Of a stretch of DNA of 64,000 nucleotides, positions 15,900 to 29,700 are shown one piece after another; positions within the stretch are counted from its first letter, which is position 1; every line of letters begins with the position of its first letter. The stretch is from the NCBI RefSeq assembly GCF_009914755.1, contig NC_060934.1, one strand, 5' to 3'. Source of the stretch: the human T2T-CHM13v2.0 reference genome, Homo sapiens. The position numbers and the translations under genes were made by a program. The notes below the pieces were generated by a model that was not told where the DNA came from, did no database searches, and saw only the letters and a program-made list of their open reading frames with translations.

Positions 15900-16345
15900 A
15901 AGATCTCAATAACCAGTCAGAAAATGGAAAAGGATGAAAGGACCAACGTGCAAACACAATTGTGAATTATTTATAAATAAACTTAACAGGAAATGTGCAC
16001 AATCTATATATTTTTTAATTACTAAATGTTAGTGAAAAAAAAAGACAACCTGAGAAATGAAGGGACATACCTTATCACTGGATGGAAAGTCTCAATCTCT
16101 TTAATATATCAATCTCTCCAAATTGATCTATACATTTATTTCAATTCCAAGTGAAATCCCAGGACATTTTATGTTTGTGGAAAGAAAAATGATTCCTAAT
16201 GTACATGGGAATGTGAAGACCTAGAATAGGCAAGTCAACCTTGAAAAAAAAAAGAACAAAGTTTAAGGACTTGCAGGACCAGATCTCAAGACTTACTAGA
16301 AACCTATGGTAATTAATAGTTGAGGTTTTGGCATAAGAATAAACA
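15900..16345 (+). mobile_element. Old L1M ORF2 fragment
   Basis: Degenerate homology to ORF2 around 2650-3060 of the in-window L1PA (AAATTGATCTATACATTT..CAATTCCAA; AAAGAACAAAGTT..GGACTTGCA). Confidence 0.7.
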
Positions 16346-16390
16346 AGGATACCTTAAAGTTTTCAGAAAGGGAAGATAAAAATGGGCCTC

Positions 16391-16603
16391 AGCCTGGGAA
16401 ACATGGTGAAACCCTGTCTACAAAAAATACAAAAAAAAAAAATTAGCCAGGCATGGTGATGCGTGCCTGTAGTCCCAGCTACTTGTCTGGGGGCTGCGGT
16501 GGGAGGATCACTTGAGCCCAGGAGGTTGAGGCTGCAGTGAGCCAAAGTGGTGCCACTACACTCCACCCTGGGCAACAGAGTAATACCCTGTCTTGAAAAA
16601 AAA
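16391..16603 (+). mobile_element. AluJ, 5'-truncated
   Basis: GGAGGATCACTTGAGCCCAGGAGGTTGAGGCTGCAGTGAGC (J diagnostic); TSD AAAAATGGGCCTC (16378-16390) / AAAAGTGGGTCTC (16604-16616). Confidence 0.9.
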
Positions 16604-17493
16604 AAAAGTGGGTCTCCTAGAAAGGAGGTAAAACCATTCACACTTCTGGCTGTGCATCAACCAAACTAACCACTAAAAGATTATGAAGCAATGCCTTTAA
16701 AATCCTGGGAGAAAAATTGATTTTCAACCTGAAATTTCACACCATACAAACTGAAATGAGAGAAAGGAATAAACACATGTTTACAGACGCCAAGATTTGG
16801 AAAGTGTACTTGCCTCAAAGCCTTCCTTATGGTTAGTTGAGAATGGACTCCAGCAAAACAAGGTAGGCAACCACGGCTAAGGAAGACACAATGCACAGCA
16901 AGCGCTTGAGCAAGCCCAAGAAAGAAAGGAAGGCAGTGCCCAGTGACAGCTGCAGACAGCACTGAGAGCCAAAGTTCAGGTCAGAAAGGAGGATGGGGGC
17001 TCCAGGATGTAAAAAAAGGAACATGACCATGGTGAGATTTTTGGGTTTTCTTTTTGTCACCATATATTTCAGACTAGGCACCAGTGAGCTTGGAGCCCAG
17101 AAGTGCCAAGAGGCAAAAAGAAAAACAAAAAAGAAACAAATAAACAAAAAACCTGTCTCTGGCCAAAATACAAGGTGTCAGCAAATCTTCCCACAGCTGC
17201 AGCACCAGCAGAGCTGGGAAGAGAAGTAGCTTGCCCCCTGCTTCACACTCAGGAGCAGCAGTGAACCCGGTGCACCCATGTGTGGCAAGCAGGACCAGGG
17301 CCAGGCCGGCCCATCCATCTCCTGCCTCACACAGGCCAGCAGCATTGGGCCTGATGTGCCTGCAGATGCAGAGCCAGCAGAGCCTAGTGGGAACACCCAT
17401 CCCCTGCTTCACAGCAGCCAACAGCAGTTGTCCAATCTGCCTGGAGCAGCGTTGCCAATGGGGCTGGGGCCAACCCATTTCCCATATCACACC

Positions 17494-17975
17494 TGTGTAT
17501 TCAGTATCTGTGGCAGCAGATTACCATAAAATTAATGGCTTGAAATATCACAAATTTATTATCTTAACTGTTCTGTAGGTCAGAAGCTGGTTGTGAGTCT
17601 CACTGAGCTAAAATAAGGGTGTTGGCAGAGCTGTGCTCCTTTTTGGAGGCTCTGGGAACAGCCTGTTTCTTGCCTTATTCAGCTTCCAGAGGACACTTGC
17701 ATTCCTTGGATCATGGCCCCTTCCATCTTCAAAGCCAGCAATGGCCAGTCAGATCTTTCCTAAACTGCCATCTCTTCCAATTCTGCTCCTCTATTAAAGG
17801 CTCTGTGATTACATTGGGCCCACCAGGGTAATTTCCCTATTTTAAGGTCAGCTGAGTAGCAATCTCAATTCCGTCTGCAACTTTAATTCCCTTTTGCCAT
17901 ACAACATCACATATTCACAGACTGCAAAAATTAGGATGTAGACATCTTTGAAGAGCCATTATTCTTCCTACCACA
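17494..17975 (-). mobile_element. MaLR solo LTR (MLT1C/D-like)
   Basis: GGCTTGAAATATCACAAATTTATTATCTT..GTTCTGTAGGTCAGAAG; ends GACATCTTTGAAGAGCCATTATTCTTCCTACCACA; CACC on both flanks. Confidence 0.85.
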
Positions 17976-19798
17976 CCACCTACAGTGGCAGGCATATCTC
18001 CCCACATCAGCTATGTCAGCAGAGCAGAGAGGACTGCCAGAACCTACATGCTAAACCTAAACAGAAAAACAGCCTGCTAAAAATGAAGATTCAAATAAAA
18101 TCAAGAGTGTCCTAACATAATATCCAGAGTATAATTGAAAACTACTTATCATACCAGAACCAGGAAAATCATAACTTAAGAAGACAATAAACCAATATCA
18201 ATAGAGAGATGAGTCAGATACTGGAACTATCTGACAAACATTATAAGGCAGTCATCATAAAATTGATTCAACTAATAATTATGAATTCTCTTGAAGCAAA
18301 TGAAAAAATATAAAAGTTCAGCAAGGAAATTCAAGTTACAAAAAAAACCATAAAACTGAAAAACACAAAAAATTTAAAACTTAATGAAAGGGCTCAATAA
18401 TAGGGTAGAAATGAGAGAACATAAGATAAATTAACCTGAGGATAGATAAATAAAATTTATTCAACATAAAGGACAGAAAGTAATCAGACTAAAGCAAAAA
18501 GCTAACAGAGCCTCAGGCCACATTGGACATTAACAAAAGATCTAAACTTCACATCATTACAGTCCCCCCAAAAATGGAGAAAGAATAGGTGGCTTAAAAG
18601 TATTTGAAGAAAGAATGGCTGAAATCTTCCCAAATATGGTGAGAAACATAAACTTACAGATTGAAGAAGCTAAGCAAACTTCAAATAGGACAAATCAAAA
18701 GAAAGTCACATCAAGACACATGACAAACTTCTGAAAATTAAAGACAAAGAACAAAACCTTAAAAGTATCCAGAGAGAAGTGAAAATGAAACTTTAATTAA
18801 TTATGGTAGATGTCTTATCTGAAACTATGGAGTCTAGGAGGAAATGGAACATTTTCCATGTGCTAACTGAAAAGGACTGTCAACCTCAAATTCTATATCC
18901 AGTGAAACTATCATTCAGGAGAATTTGTAGCATTAAATGCTTAACGTAGAAAAAAAGAAAAAGTTTCAAATCAATAATCTGAGTTCCTACCTGCAGAAGC
19001 CAATAAAGAAAAACAAAATAAGCCTAAAAAGGTGAAAGGAATGAAATAATACAAACAAGAGCAGAAATCAATAAAATTGAACAGGAAAACAATAGAGAAA
19101 ATCAATAAAAACAAAAACCTACTGCCTAAAAAAATTACTAAAATTGATAAACCTCTAGCAGGACTGATAAAGATAAGAAGAGAGAAGACACAAATTACCA
19201 ATATCAGGTAGAAAAGGAGAGATTTCACTACAGATCCTGCAGCCATTGAAAAGAAATGTTTTAAATGCTACAAGCAACTTAACACTCATGGATTCAACAA
19301 CTTAGAAGAAATTTGACCAAGTTCTCAAAAACCACAACTATAAAATTCAACCAGATGAAATAAATAACCTGAATAGTCCTGTAACCATTAAAGAAATTGA
19401 GTTTGTAATTTTAAAGTTCCCAAGAAATAAATCTCCAAGCCCAATGTCTTCACTTGATAATTTTACCAAACGGAATTATATCAATTTTATACAATTTTGA
19501 CAAGACGATGGAAGAGGGAATACTCCTTAATTCATTTTATGAAACCAGTATTACCTTGATACCAAAACCAGAAAAAGATATCACAAGAAAACTATAGACC
19601 AATAGCCTTATGAAATTAGATGCAAAAACCTTCAACAAAATAATAGCAATTTTAATTCAATGATGTATAAGAATAATTATATACCATGACCAAATGGGGT
19701 TTATTTTAGCTGTGTAAGACTTATTCAGAATTTGAAAATGAATCAATGTAATCCACCATATCAACAGGTTAAAGAAGAAAAATCACATGATCATATCA

Positions 19799-20154
<356 letters not shown>

Positions 20155-21018
20155 TCAGGAATAGAAGGTAATCACCTCAAGATGATAAAGAGCATTTACA
20201 AAAAAAGAAAATGTACAGCTAACACTATACTGAATAGTGAAAAAAATGAATCCTCCCCGACTAAATCAAGAACAAGGTAAATGTGTCCGATCTCATCACA
20301 CCTATTCAACATAGTATCAGAAGTTCTAGCCACTGCAATAAGGTAAGAAAAATAAATAAAAGGCATACAGATTGGAAATGAAGAAATAAAACTGTTCCTA
20401 TTTGCAGATGCATAATTGACTACATAGAAAATCCCAAGGAAACTACAAAAAAAAATCTAAAACTAGTGAGTTCATGAAGGTGGCAAAATACAAGACCAAC
20501 GCACAAAAATAAATTGCATTGCTACATACATAAATAAATATTCCGAAACTAAGATTAAAAACATGTCATTAACAATTGCTCCACAGAAAATGAAACACTT
20601 GGGCATAAAACTGACAATGTGTATAAGATCTGTATGCTGATCATCATAAAATGTTGAGGAAAGAAATAAAAAAAAGATCTAAATAAGGGAGCCACATCAT
20701 GTTTATGGACTGGAAGACTCGCCATAGTAAAGGTGCCAATTCTTCCCAAATTAATCTATAGAGTTAATGCAATTACTATCAAAATTCCAGCAAGTGTTTT
20801 GTAGACATAGACAAAGTATTCTAAAATTTATGTATACAAACCTCAAATAACTTAGACAATCAAGAAAAAAACAGAATGAAGGAGGGATAATCACTCTACT
20901 CAATATTAAGTCTTACTCTAGAGCTACAAAATTCAGCCATTGTGGTATTGGTGGGGGATAAATACATAAAACAATGGAACAGAATAGAGAACACAGAAGT
21001 GGACCCACACAAAATGCT

Positions 21019-21375
21019 TGTATCCATTTTCTAGAAGTGCCATAACAAAACACCACAACAAGATGGCTTAAACAACAGAAATTTGTTTTCTCACAGTTCT
21101 GGAATCTGGATATCCAAGATCAAGGTGTCCACAGAGTTGGTTTCTTTGGTGAACTCTTCTTGGCCTATAGGTGGCTGTCTTCTCCTTGTGTCTGTGTCCT
21201 CAACTCTTCGTATGAGGACACCAGTCTTATGGGATTAGGGCCCACTCTAATGACCTCATTTAACCTTAATTGCCACTTTAAAGACCCTGCCACCAAATAC
21301 GGTCACATTCTGAGATACTAGAGGTTAGGATTTCAATACATGAATTTCAGAGGGGACAAAATTTAGCCCATAACA
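21019..21375 (-). mobile_element. MaLR solo LTR (MLT1A0-like)
   Basis: GGCTTAAACAACAGAAATTT..CTCACAGTTCTGGA; GGATTAGGGCCCACTCTAATGACCTCATTTAACC; ends GCCCATAACA. Confidence 0.9.
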
Positions 21376-22319
21376 AGTCCAGCTGATTTTTAACAAAGGT
21401 ACAAAAGCCACTCAATGGAAGAAACAGAGCCTTTATGACAAACAGTGCTGGAGCAATGAGACATCCAAATAAACGTCTACCTAAGTCTCACATCTTGTAC
21501 AAAGATTAACACAAAACAATGGATTGCAGACTTCAATGTTAAACACAAAACCATACACCTCTTAGAGAAAGATAGGAGTAAATCATTGGGATCTAGAGCT
21601 GGACAAAGAATTCTTAGATTTGACGCCAAAAGCACCAGCTATAAAAAGAAAAATGATACAACGAGCCATGTCAAAATTTAAAACTTACTCTACAAAAGAC
21701 CCGTTGGGAGGATGAAAAGATGTGGAGAAGATATCTGCAAATCACATATCTCACAAAGGACTTACATCTAAATACAAAGAGCTTCGAAACTCAAGGGGAA
21801 AAAAGCAAATAATCAAATTTAAAAATGGACAAAAGACATGATCAGATATTTTACCAAAGAGGATGCACAGATAAAAAAATAAACACAAAAAAAGATGTTC
21901 AACATCAGCAATCACTAGGAAGTGCAAATTAAAACTACCAAGAGCTATCACTACATACCTGTCAGATTGGCCTTTTACAGTCTTTAAAAAGTGATGCGGA
22001 GGAATGGATCACTCATATATTGCTGACAGAAATATAAAATAGTACAGCCATTCTGGAAAACAGTTTGTCAGTTTCTTAACCAAGTAAATATGCAATTATC
22101 ATATGATCTGTCATCGCACTCTTGGCCATTTAGCCCGAAGGAATGGAAATTTACCTTCACACAAAATCCTGTGCCTATGACAGCCCAAGTCCAAGGCTTG
22201 GGAAGTGGTTGGCTAAATTGGAAACTGACCAGTTCCAAAGGAAAGTGACAATGGATGACCAATGGAGAACCCTGTTTATAAGGAATGCGTGAGCATGACA
22301 TTCATGGCATTTATTTTCA

Positions 22320-22850
22320 GGGACACCCCTCATTTCATGCTGTTCGACACTTTCTGTACCCCACTGCCTATCTGTATGTCCAGATCTCTTGGTTTAGTCA
22401 CTGCTGCCTCAGCCTGTGACAAACTAGCAGGCTTCAACCTGCTTTGGGAACAGCACCTTCATCTCCTGGACCCCACACCTCAGGCCTCTCTCACTTTCTG
22501 CCTCAGACCCTTCCTGATTCCAGGGCATGTGGGCACTTCTGTGGGGATCCACTGAGCATTCACACAGGTGCAGTCCCAAAGTGCAGAGATGTTAATACCC
22601 AGGGCCACCCTTGGCCTGTGGGAGGAGAGGAACCAAAAGATGAAAGACTCCCACCTGAGCCCCAGGAAGACAGTTCTGAAAGACATTTCAAAAGGCTCTT
22701 CAGAAGATTCCAGCCAGTGGAGTACCAGTCCCCTCCCTTAGTTGCGAGCAACGCCTGTCATGAATCCTGGAAATGCCTCTGAGTTTTTCTCTGCCCACTC
22801 CCTCAGTCCTAGACTTGGCATCCCTGGAACGCTTCCCAAATGCACTGCCT
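22320..22850 (+). mobile_element. Probable ERVL-type LTR remnant
   Basis: LTR-like phrasing (GACAGTTCTGAAAGACATTTCAAAAGGCTCTTCAGAAGATTCCAG); subfamily not resolved. Confidence 0.4.
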
Positions 22851-22852
22851 GT

Positions 22853-23020
22853 CTATCCATTCATTCATTCATCTGTCCCTCCATCCCCTCATGCACTCAT
22901 TCATCCATCTGTTCATCCATCCACTCATCTGTCCATCTACCTATTCTTTATTTCATTCATCTATTCATCCATCCATCCATTCACATATCCATCCACCTTT
23001 CCATCCATTCCTTCATTCAG
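22853..23020. repeat. (TCCA/TTCA)n degenerate tetranucleotide repeat (tail of an antisense L2)
   Basis: CATCCATCCATTCATT run followed by CAGCAGACCTTTGCTG...TGCCAGGCCCTG. Confidence 0.85.
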
Positions 23021-23339
23021 CAGACCTTTGCTGCATTCTGGGAGCCCACATGATGCCAGGCCCTGGAAGATATCAATGACTATGACACGGTCCTTGCCCC
23101 TGAGCAGCTCATGGCCTCTCCAGGGAGGTGGATGCCACATCCATTGCCCTTGGCTAACGAGGTACCCCTCCTTTTCCTCTCATTGTGCCCTACACTTCCC
23201 TCATTAAAGAGTGTCAGAATTGTTTGTATGACTTCCCCCTGGGCTGTGAGCTGCATGATGGAGAAAGCTCACACTCACACAGATGAACACCCATAGCACC
23301 ATCCTCAGTGCTCTGCATAGATAATTCTTAGCAATTCAA

Positions 23340-23450
23340 AGAAGCAAGAACTTCACAGCTGAGGAAAATGAAGCCCAGAGGGGTGGAATGATTGGCCCAA
23401 AGTCACACAGGTAGTTCAGTCCAGACACTCTGGCTCCAGAGCCTGTGCCC
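23340..23450 (-). mobile_element. MIR
   Basis: ACAGCTGAGGAAAATGAAGCCCAGAG...GCCCAAAGTCACACAG. Confidence 0.65.
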
Positions 23451-24734
23451 TGGCCTGTGACCTTCAATGTCTGGTCGGAAAGCTGGCTGGAATGCTGTGT
23501 TCACTGCAAAATCCCAGAACCTTGTGCAGTGCCTGGCCCCTGGAAAGGCTCAGCAGAGCAGTAAGCACAAGGTGCACAGCAGCACAGGGAAGGGGCATGG
23601 CTGTCTGCTGGGTACCAGAAGGGAGAAGAGGGAAGGGAGAGAGGAGAGGGGGAGAGAAAGAGGAGGTGGGAAGGAAGGCAGCAGCCTTGAGCAGGGCTCC
23701 TGGGGCTGGGATGTAAGACCTGAAAGAGGATCAGTGACAGTGATATGAGATGCCACGTGAGCAGGGCTGATTCTGAGGGGCTCCTATCCAGCAGGGGTGA
23801 GAAATCATTAACACACTTGGGCAGGGAATGTGACAAAACCAGAGCATCAATGGCAGGGCTGCTGCGTGACACAGGCTAACAGCAGGGAGACTGGGGCAGG
23901 GACAGTGGTCAGGTTGCAGTTGCAGGGACCTGGGTGAGGCTGTGGGAGCAGGCCAGAGGTAGGTGGCACCTGGGGAGAGGGGAGAGGAAGGGAGGCAGTG
24001 GAAATGTCCCAGCTTGTGTGAATGAGTGTGTGATGGTGCCCCTCAACCCCCAAAATCAAAGCAACCATTTCCTGAGGGCCTACAGTGTGCCAGGCCCTGG
24101 GGCAGGCCCCGACATAACATCTAGCTTTGCAATGGCAACAGTGCTACAAGTGGGTTTTTTCCTTCTCATTTTACGGAGGAGAAAACTGCCTGAGCTTCTG
24201 GAAGCTCCCATGGGCAGTGCACGATGTGGAGGATGGGGTGGGGGGGTCCGTGTGACTCCAGGGCACCATGCCCCAGGAGGCTACACTCAAGTCATCGTCA
24301 CTCAGCAAAGAGCCTGACATGGTGACAGCTGACCAGGCTTTGTGAGTGGCGTGGTGGCCAAGAGCCAAGCTACAAATCATGCCACGTTGCCACGAATCTA
24401 TGTGTGGTCTGCTTGCTCCAGCTGTCTCAGCTCAACCGGATCTATTGACGATTCACTAATCCAGCCGATAGCTGGGCAGCTGACCCACAAACTCATGCTG
24501 CTGGGCCCAAGGTGACACCAAGCCTGCTCCCAAGCCCTCAGATTAGTGGGTGTTAGTTCATCATTAAAGAGTCGCCTTCAGCATGATTTACCTTGCCCAG
24601 GGTGCCCTGGACGGTGCAGCAGCAGGCACCCCGAATGTCTGCTTTCCTCTGTGGCATATCTCTTTCCTCGAGCATCCTGGTTTAACCCATCTATCCATGG
24701 CCATCTCAGTAAACTTTATTCCTGACAACAAGCT

Positions 24735-25183
24735 TCAGTGACCTGAATGGTGGCCCCCAAAAAGATATGTTCAGGTCCAGATCCCAAAAAATCTGTGAAG
24801 GTGACTTTACTGGGAAAAAGAGTCCTTGCAGGTGTGATTAAGGATCTTGAGATGAGGAGGTCATCCCAGTGAGCTCTACATGCAATGATGGGTGTCCTTG
24901 TCTAAGAGAAAGAGGGTATTTGAGACAGATAGAAGAGGCGGAGTCAATGCGACTACAGAGGCAAAGATTGGAGTGATACAGCCACAAACTGAGGAACAAA
25001 TGGGGCCACCAGAAGCTGGAAGAGGCCAGGAAGGATGGGCCTCTAGTGCCTTCAGAGGGTGCCTGCTTCCACCTCGACTTTGGACTTCTGGCCTCCAGAA
25101 CCATGATAGAATGAAGTTCTGTTGTTTTCAGCTGTGCAGCATGTGGGTAACTGGTGACAGCAGCCACAAGGAAGTAACTCACA
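24735..25183 (+). mobile_element. MaLR solo LTR (MLT1B/C-like)
   Basis: TGAATGGTGGCCCCCAAAAAGATATG...TTAAGGATCTTGAGATGAG...CCAGAAGCTGGAAGAGGC...GACTTCTGGCCTCCAGAAC. Confidence 0.9.
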
Positions 25184-26289
25184 CACAAGCTGACTTGGGT
25201 TTCTGACTGGAGTGTGAGTTGCTATTTGCAGGAGAATTTGTGATCTCATCCCTCAGGCCCAAGAGCTGGTCGGGTCCTGTTCTGCCCTTGGCTGGAAAGG
25301 GAATCCCGAGGTTGCATCTGCTGCTTGGGTGTGGAGCTCTGGGCTGGAGCAAGATGAGAAATGGGCCTATTTATAAACGAACAGAGCCAGAGGGCGGGTG
25401 TGGGGTCGGCCGAGGGCTTCACCAAGGTCAGAGGCCCAGTCCCAGGGGGACAGGAGCATTACAGAGAAGAGCAAAGCCCTGAGAGGAAGGCGGGGGCCAC
25501 GCCAGGGCACTTGGGGCCTCTCTGAGCAGCGAGGCTGTGGTCTCTTTCTGAAAGGCCTAACATAGGAATGCCCAGCTGGCTTCCAAGTCATATCTGGTGT
25601 CTCAGGCGAAGGGCAGGCCCCAGTGGGTGGGAGCAGATTCTTTCCTGCTGCCTCATTGCGGCTCCGAGAAAGGAAGTGTGAGTGCCCAGGGTGGGCACCC
25701 TGCACACAACCGCAGCCCATCCGTGGGCAGTTGAGCCTGCCATCTCGGGGGGATGCTGTCACGGTGAGTGGGCCTCTGTGCACGTCTGAGTTTCCTGCTC
25801 TCTTGGCAAGGCCAGGTTGGAGGGACTTAGTGGGCGGCGTCTCAGCCTCGGGCCATCACACAGAGGGCAGGCAGGAAGCTGTGCACAGTGCCAGGGATGC
25901 AGGGGGACAGAGACCCTACTGATGAGTGGCTGAGTTGGACCAGGGTCCACCCTCAGCCCATCCGGTGCTGGGCACAGCTGGGCAAGAGGAAATCCCAGCA
26001 CACTGTCTGGTTTACTCAGCCCCTCCCACAGCTCTGTGCTGGGAGGTGCCTGCCCTCTGCACCAGGGGCCTGGGAGCTGGCAGAAGACTTTCTCCAGGGC
26101 AGGAGCAGCCTCTGGCCCAGCTACTGGTGAGGAACCCTGGATTCCTTCACATCAGTGACCATACCATGTGCGCGCCTCTGAGTCTTATGGCCTTCAAGCA
26201 CCTCTACCTGAAGAAGTCCATCTCTGACTGAGGAGCTTTAGCTGGAAGAAGCATGGTTGCAGCCTTTTGCCTGCTCAGGCCTAGAAGGG

Positions 26290-26455
26290 ACAGCTTTAGT
26301 AAGCCTCGAATCCCAGCTCCATGCCCTCCTTAGCTGTGTGACATTGAGCAAGTCACTCAACCTCACTCAGTCTTGTTTCTCACCTGTGAAATGGGGATAA
26401 CAGGCCTACTTCGTTGAGCTGCTAGGGAGGTTAAATGAGACAATAAATGTGACCA
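26290..26455 (+). mobile_element. MIR
   Basis: GAATCCCAGCTCC...TAGCTGTGTGACATTGAGCAAGTCACTCAACCTC..CTCAGT..CTGTGAAATGGGGATAA. Confidence 0.75.
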
Positions 26456-26464
26456 AAGCTCTAA

Positions 26465-26833
26465 TGTAATGCAGATGTAATTACACTAAGAATCTTAAAA
26501 TGAGGATATCATAATTATCCAGGAGGGCCCTAAATTTAGTGGCAACGTGCCCTTATAAGAAGAGACACGCAAAAAGGAGAGAGATGCCTGGACAGCCGAA
26601 GCCAGGTGAAGATGGGGACGAAGATTGGGGCAATGCGGCAACAGCCGCGGAAGCCACCAGAAGCTGGAAGAGGCAGGAAAGGATCCTCCCCTGGAGCCTT
26701 CAGAGGGAGCACGGTCCTGCCAAAACCTTGAGTTCAGACTTCTGGCCTCCAGAACCATGAGGAATAAACTTCTGTTGTTCTGAGCCACCTAATTTGTGCT
26801 AATTTGTTAAAGAAGCCACAGGAAACTAATACA
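26465..26833 (+). mobile_element. MaLR LTR (MLT1B-like)
   Basis: GCAGATGTAATTA..CCTTATAAGAAGAG...CCAGAAGCTGGAAGAGGCAGG...; ends GCCACAGGAAACTAATACA. Confidence 0.88.
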
Positions 26834-27054
26834 ACAACCTGCAAAATGGGCTAGTAATACGTACCTCTTACTTTTGTGGGAGGATTTTTTAAGTGTTCAT
26901 AAAAGAAAAAATCTAAAGATCCAATCATCAGAGATAGGTATAGATTATCTGCACATTGACATGAAGAAATAGCATGCAGCCATACAAGAAAGAAGTTTGT
27001 AGACAGTAGTGACCAGGCAAATGTTCACGTTCTGGTATCATGTGGGGAAACGTG

Positions 27055-27196
27055 AGCCACAAACTGAGGAACAAATGGGGCCACCAGAAGCTGGAAGAGG
27101 CCAGAAGGATGTGCCCCTAGTGCCTTCAGAGGGCGCCTGCTTCCACCTCGACTTCGGACTTCTGGCCTCCAGAATCATGATAGAATGAAGTTCTGT
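27055..27196 (+). repeat. 142-bp near-identical copy of 24980-25122
   Basis: About 6 differences in 143 bp by manual alignment. Confidence 0.95.
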
Positions 27197-27254
27197 CAAA
27201 ATGTAAAATTGCAAATGTCTCTGAACCTAATTTTGTTTTTTAAAAATATGCTGA

Positions 27255-27612
<358 letters not shown>

Positions 27613-29700
27613 TCAATGAATATATGTTACTTTTATTTTGAAAAAGTAAAAAGGAGCTGTTCTAAAATGATTTCTTCCTGCAAATAACACATAATTGTGC
27701 AAGAGTCACTGCAAGCCCACTTTCTTTCCACCTGCAATCTCATGAGAGCCTTATAACAGCCCCAAAAGGAGGCCATTATTCCATTATTCTATTCTGCCAT
27801 TATTCCATTCTGTAGGTGAGAAGGCCAGGTTCTGTGAGGAACTTGTCCGAACACAGAGATAGCCTGTGGCCCAGCCTGAGGGTCAAATGCAGCCTGTCAG
27901 CTCCTAGAGCCCATGTGAGGGAAGCCACATCCCTCATCCCAAAGACAAGGGCTGCTGCCCGAGCCAGGCACTGGCTGCCACTATCGGCCTCCCTCTTTCC
28001 CGACCATGCCCACGGCTTGGCTGTGTCCATCAAGTTAGACAGCAGGTAAAAGTCTCAAGTGCCCTCCAGGCAGAGATAAATAATGGAGAGCAAGATCCAG
28101 GGATTCTGGTTTCTGATGTTTAAATGGAATGAAGGATAAATCATTTCTGCTAACTGTTTTTACCTGGCTGTGGGAAATGATGCATCACCGTCTTTTAAAA
28201 GAAAATTAAGCCTTTAATTCCATGGCACATGTAATAAAATGGTACTTCAGCTCTCTGCGCTGAATATATAGCCCGTCCTGTCCTAATTTACTATTTCGAC
28301 ACGGCCTGAAATATTCTGAAGTTATTAATTTGGCAATATATTCAAGCACAAAACCCGGCCTTCAAAGGCTGTTGAAGCACTCAATTAACGCAATGGAAGG
28401 CTGTGTGGGAGCCAAGAGGGGCACATGGCAGGAGGCACCGTCCTGGGAGCTCTGGGTGCATGGCTCACCCTGCCACTGAGTGCTGGGGTGAGCTGGAGCC
28501 TCCATTTCTTCTTCTGTAAGGCAAAGACTATGGTTCCTAACTCACAAGCGTGCAGTGCCTGGCTCTCACCCTTTTCCTCCCTTACCTGCATACCAGGTTG
28601 CACTAGCCAGCTCATTCTCATTCTCTTCCAACACTGCCTCAAATGCTACCCTCCTTCTTCAGACTGTTTGACAGCCCACGGGATGACTGCAAATACACAC
28701 ATATGTGTGGAACTGCCCATCCCAAGGCTCTGAGCTGACACTCCCACTGTTTTTTGAAGAATAGGCCTTTGTGAACAGAGAGCTGGCCCGATGGTCCATG
28801 CAAAAACATACAGGGACAAAGTTTCAGTGTACGGTAAAGGACAAGGGCTTGGTAGACTCTCGACTCATGTTCATCTCCCTGCGTACTCTCTCCTCTTCTG
28901 CCCTCAGGTGATGCTGATCAGAGTAGCCACCACAGCCAATGGTCAGCTGATCCCACAAGCCCTCCCTGCTCCTTAGCAGTTGAAAGAGCCACTGCATGGA
29001 GACATCTGGATGGGAACACTGTGAGTGGCAGCCCTCCTGTCCTGCAGAAACTTCCAAATGGGCTCAAAGATACCACTAGAATCTCCAGGGCGAGACCCTC
29101 TCCTCAGCAGAGGGACCCATGCAAAGCAGTCCAGCCACCTCATGCCTTCTCCAGGGCAAAGCTTACCTCCTGTTTAAGGGACAGGATTTGGGGTAGTTAA
29201 TTTAGCTTCTAGCAACTCACAGGGGAATTACAAACCTATGTTTGAGGGGGGAAAGCACGTATCAAATTCTCAATTATGGACCTGATCCCGCAGCAATGGG
29301 AGTGAGCCAAGACCCTTAAGCTGGTGACCTGAGGCAAGGACAATGGCCACTGGTGAGACTGATTTTCCAAAGGAGCCAGGATGCCCAGGCTACTGGCCAG
29401 GCGACCTTAAGCAAATTATTAGACAATAATAGTACCTCACTCTTAGGATTACCGTGATGATTAAAAAGGGTCAATATGTGACAATCACTCAGGGCTGTAC
29501 CTGGCACATGGGCCCAGTCACCATGTGCTAGCTGGAGAATGTGCCAGCTTCCCAAAATTTCACCAGACCATAAGAGACACCCCCACATTCACAGAGAAAG
29601 TAAGGGTTCAGCACTAGGAGTCTCACTCAAGCTCATCTTCCTCATTTCTCACAGGCAAGCCTTCGGCCAGTAATACATACTCATTGAGAAGAACTGGAAA

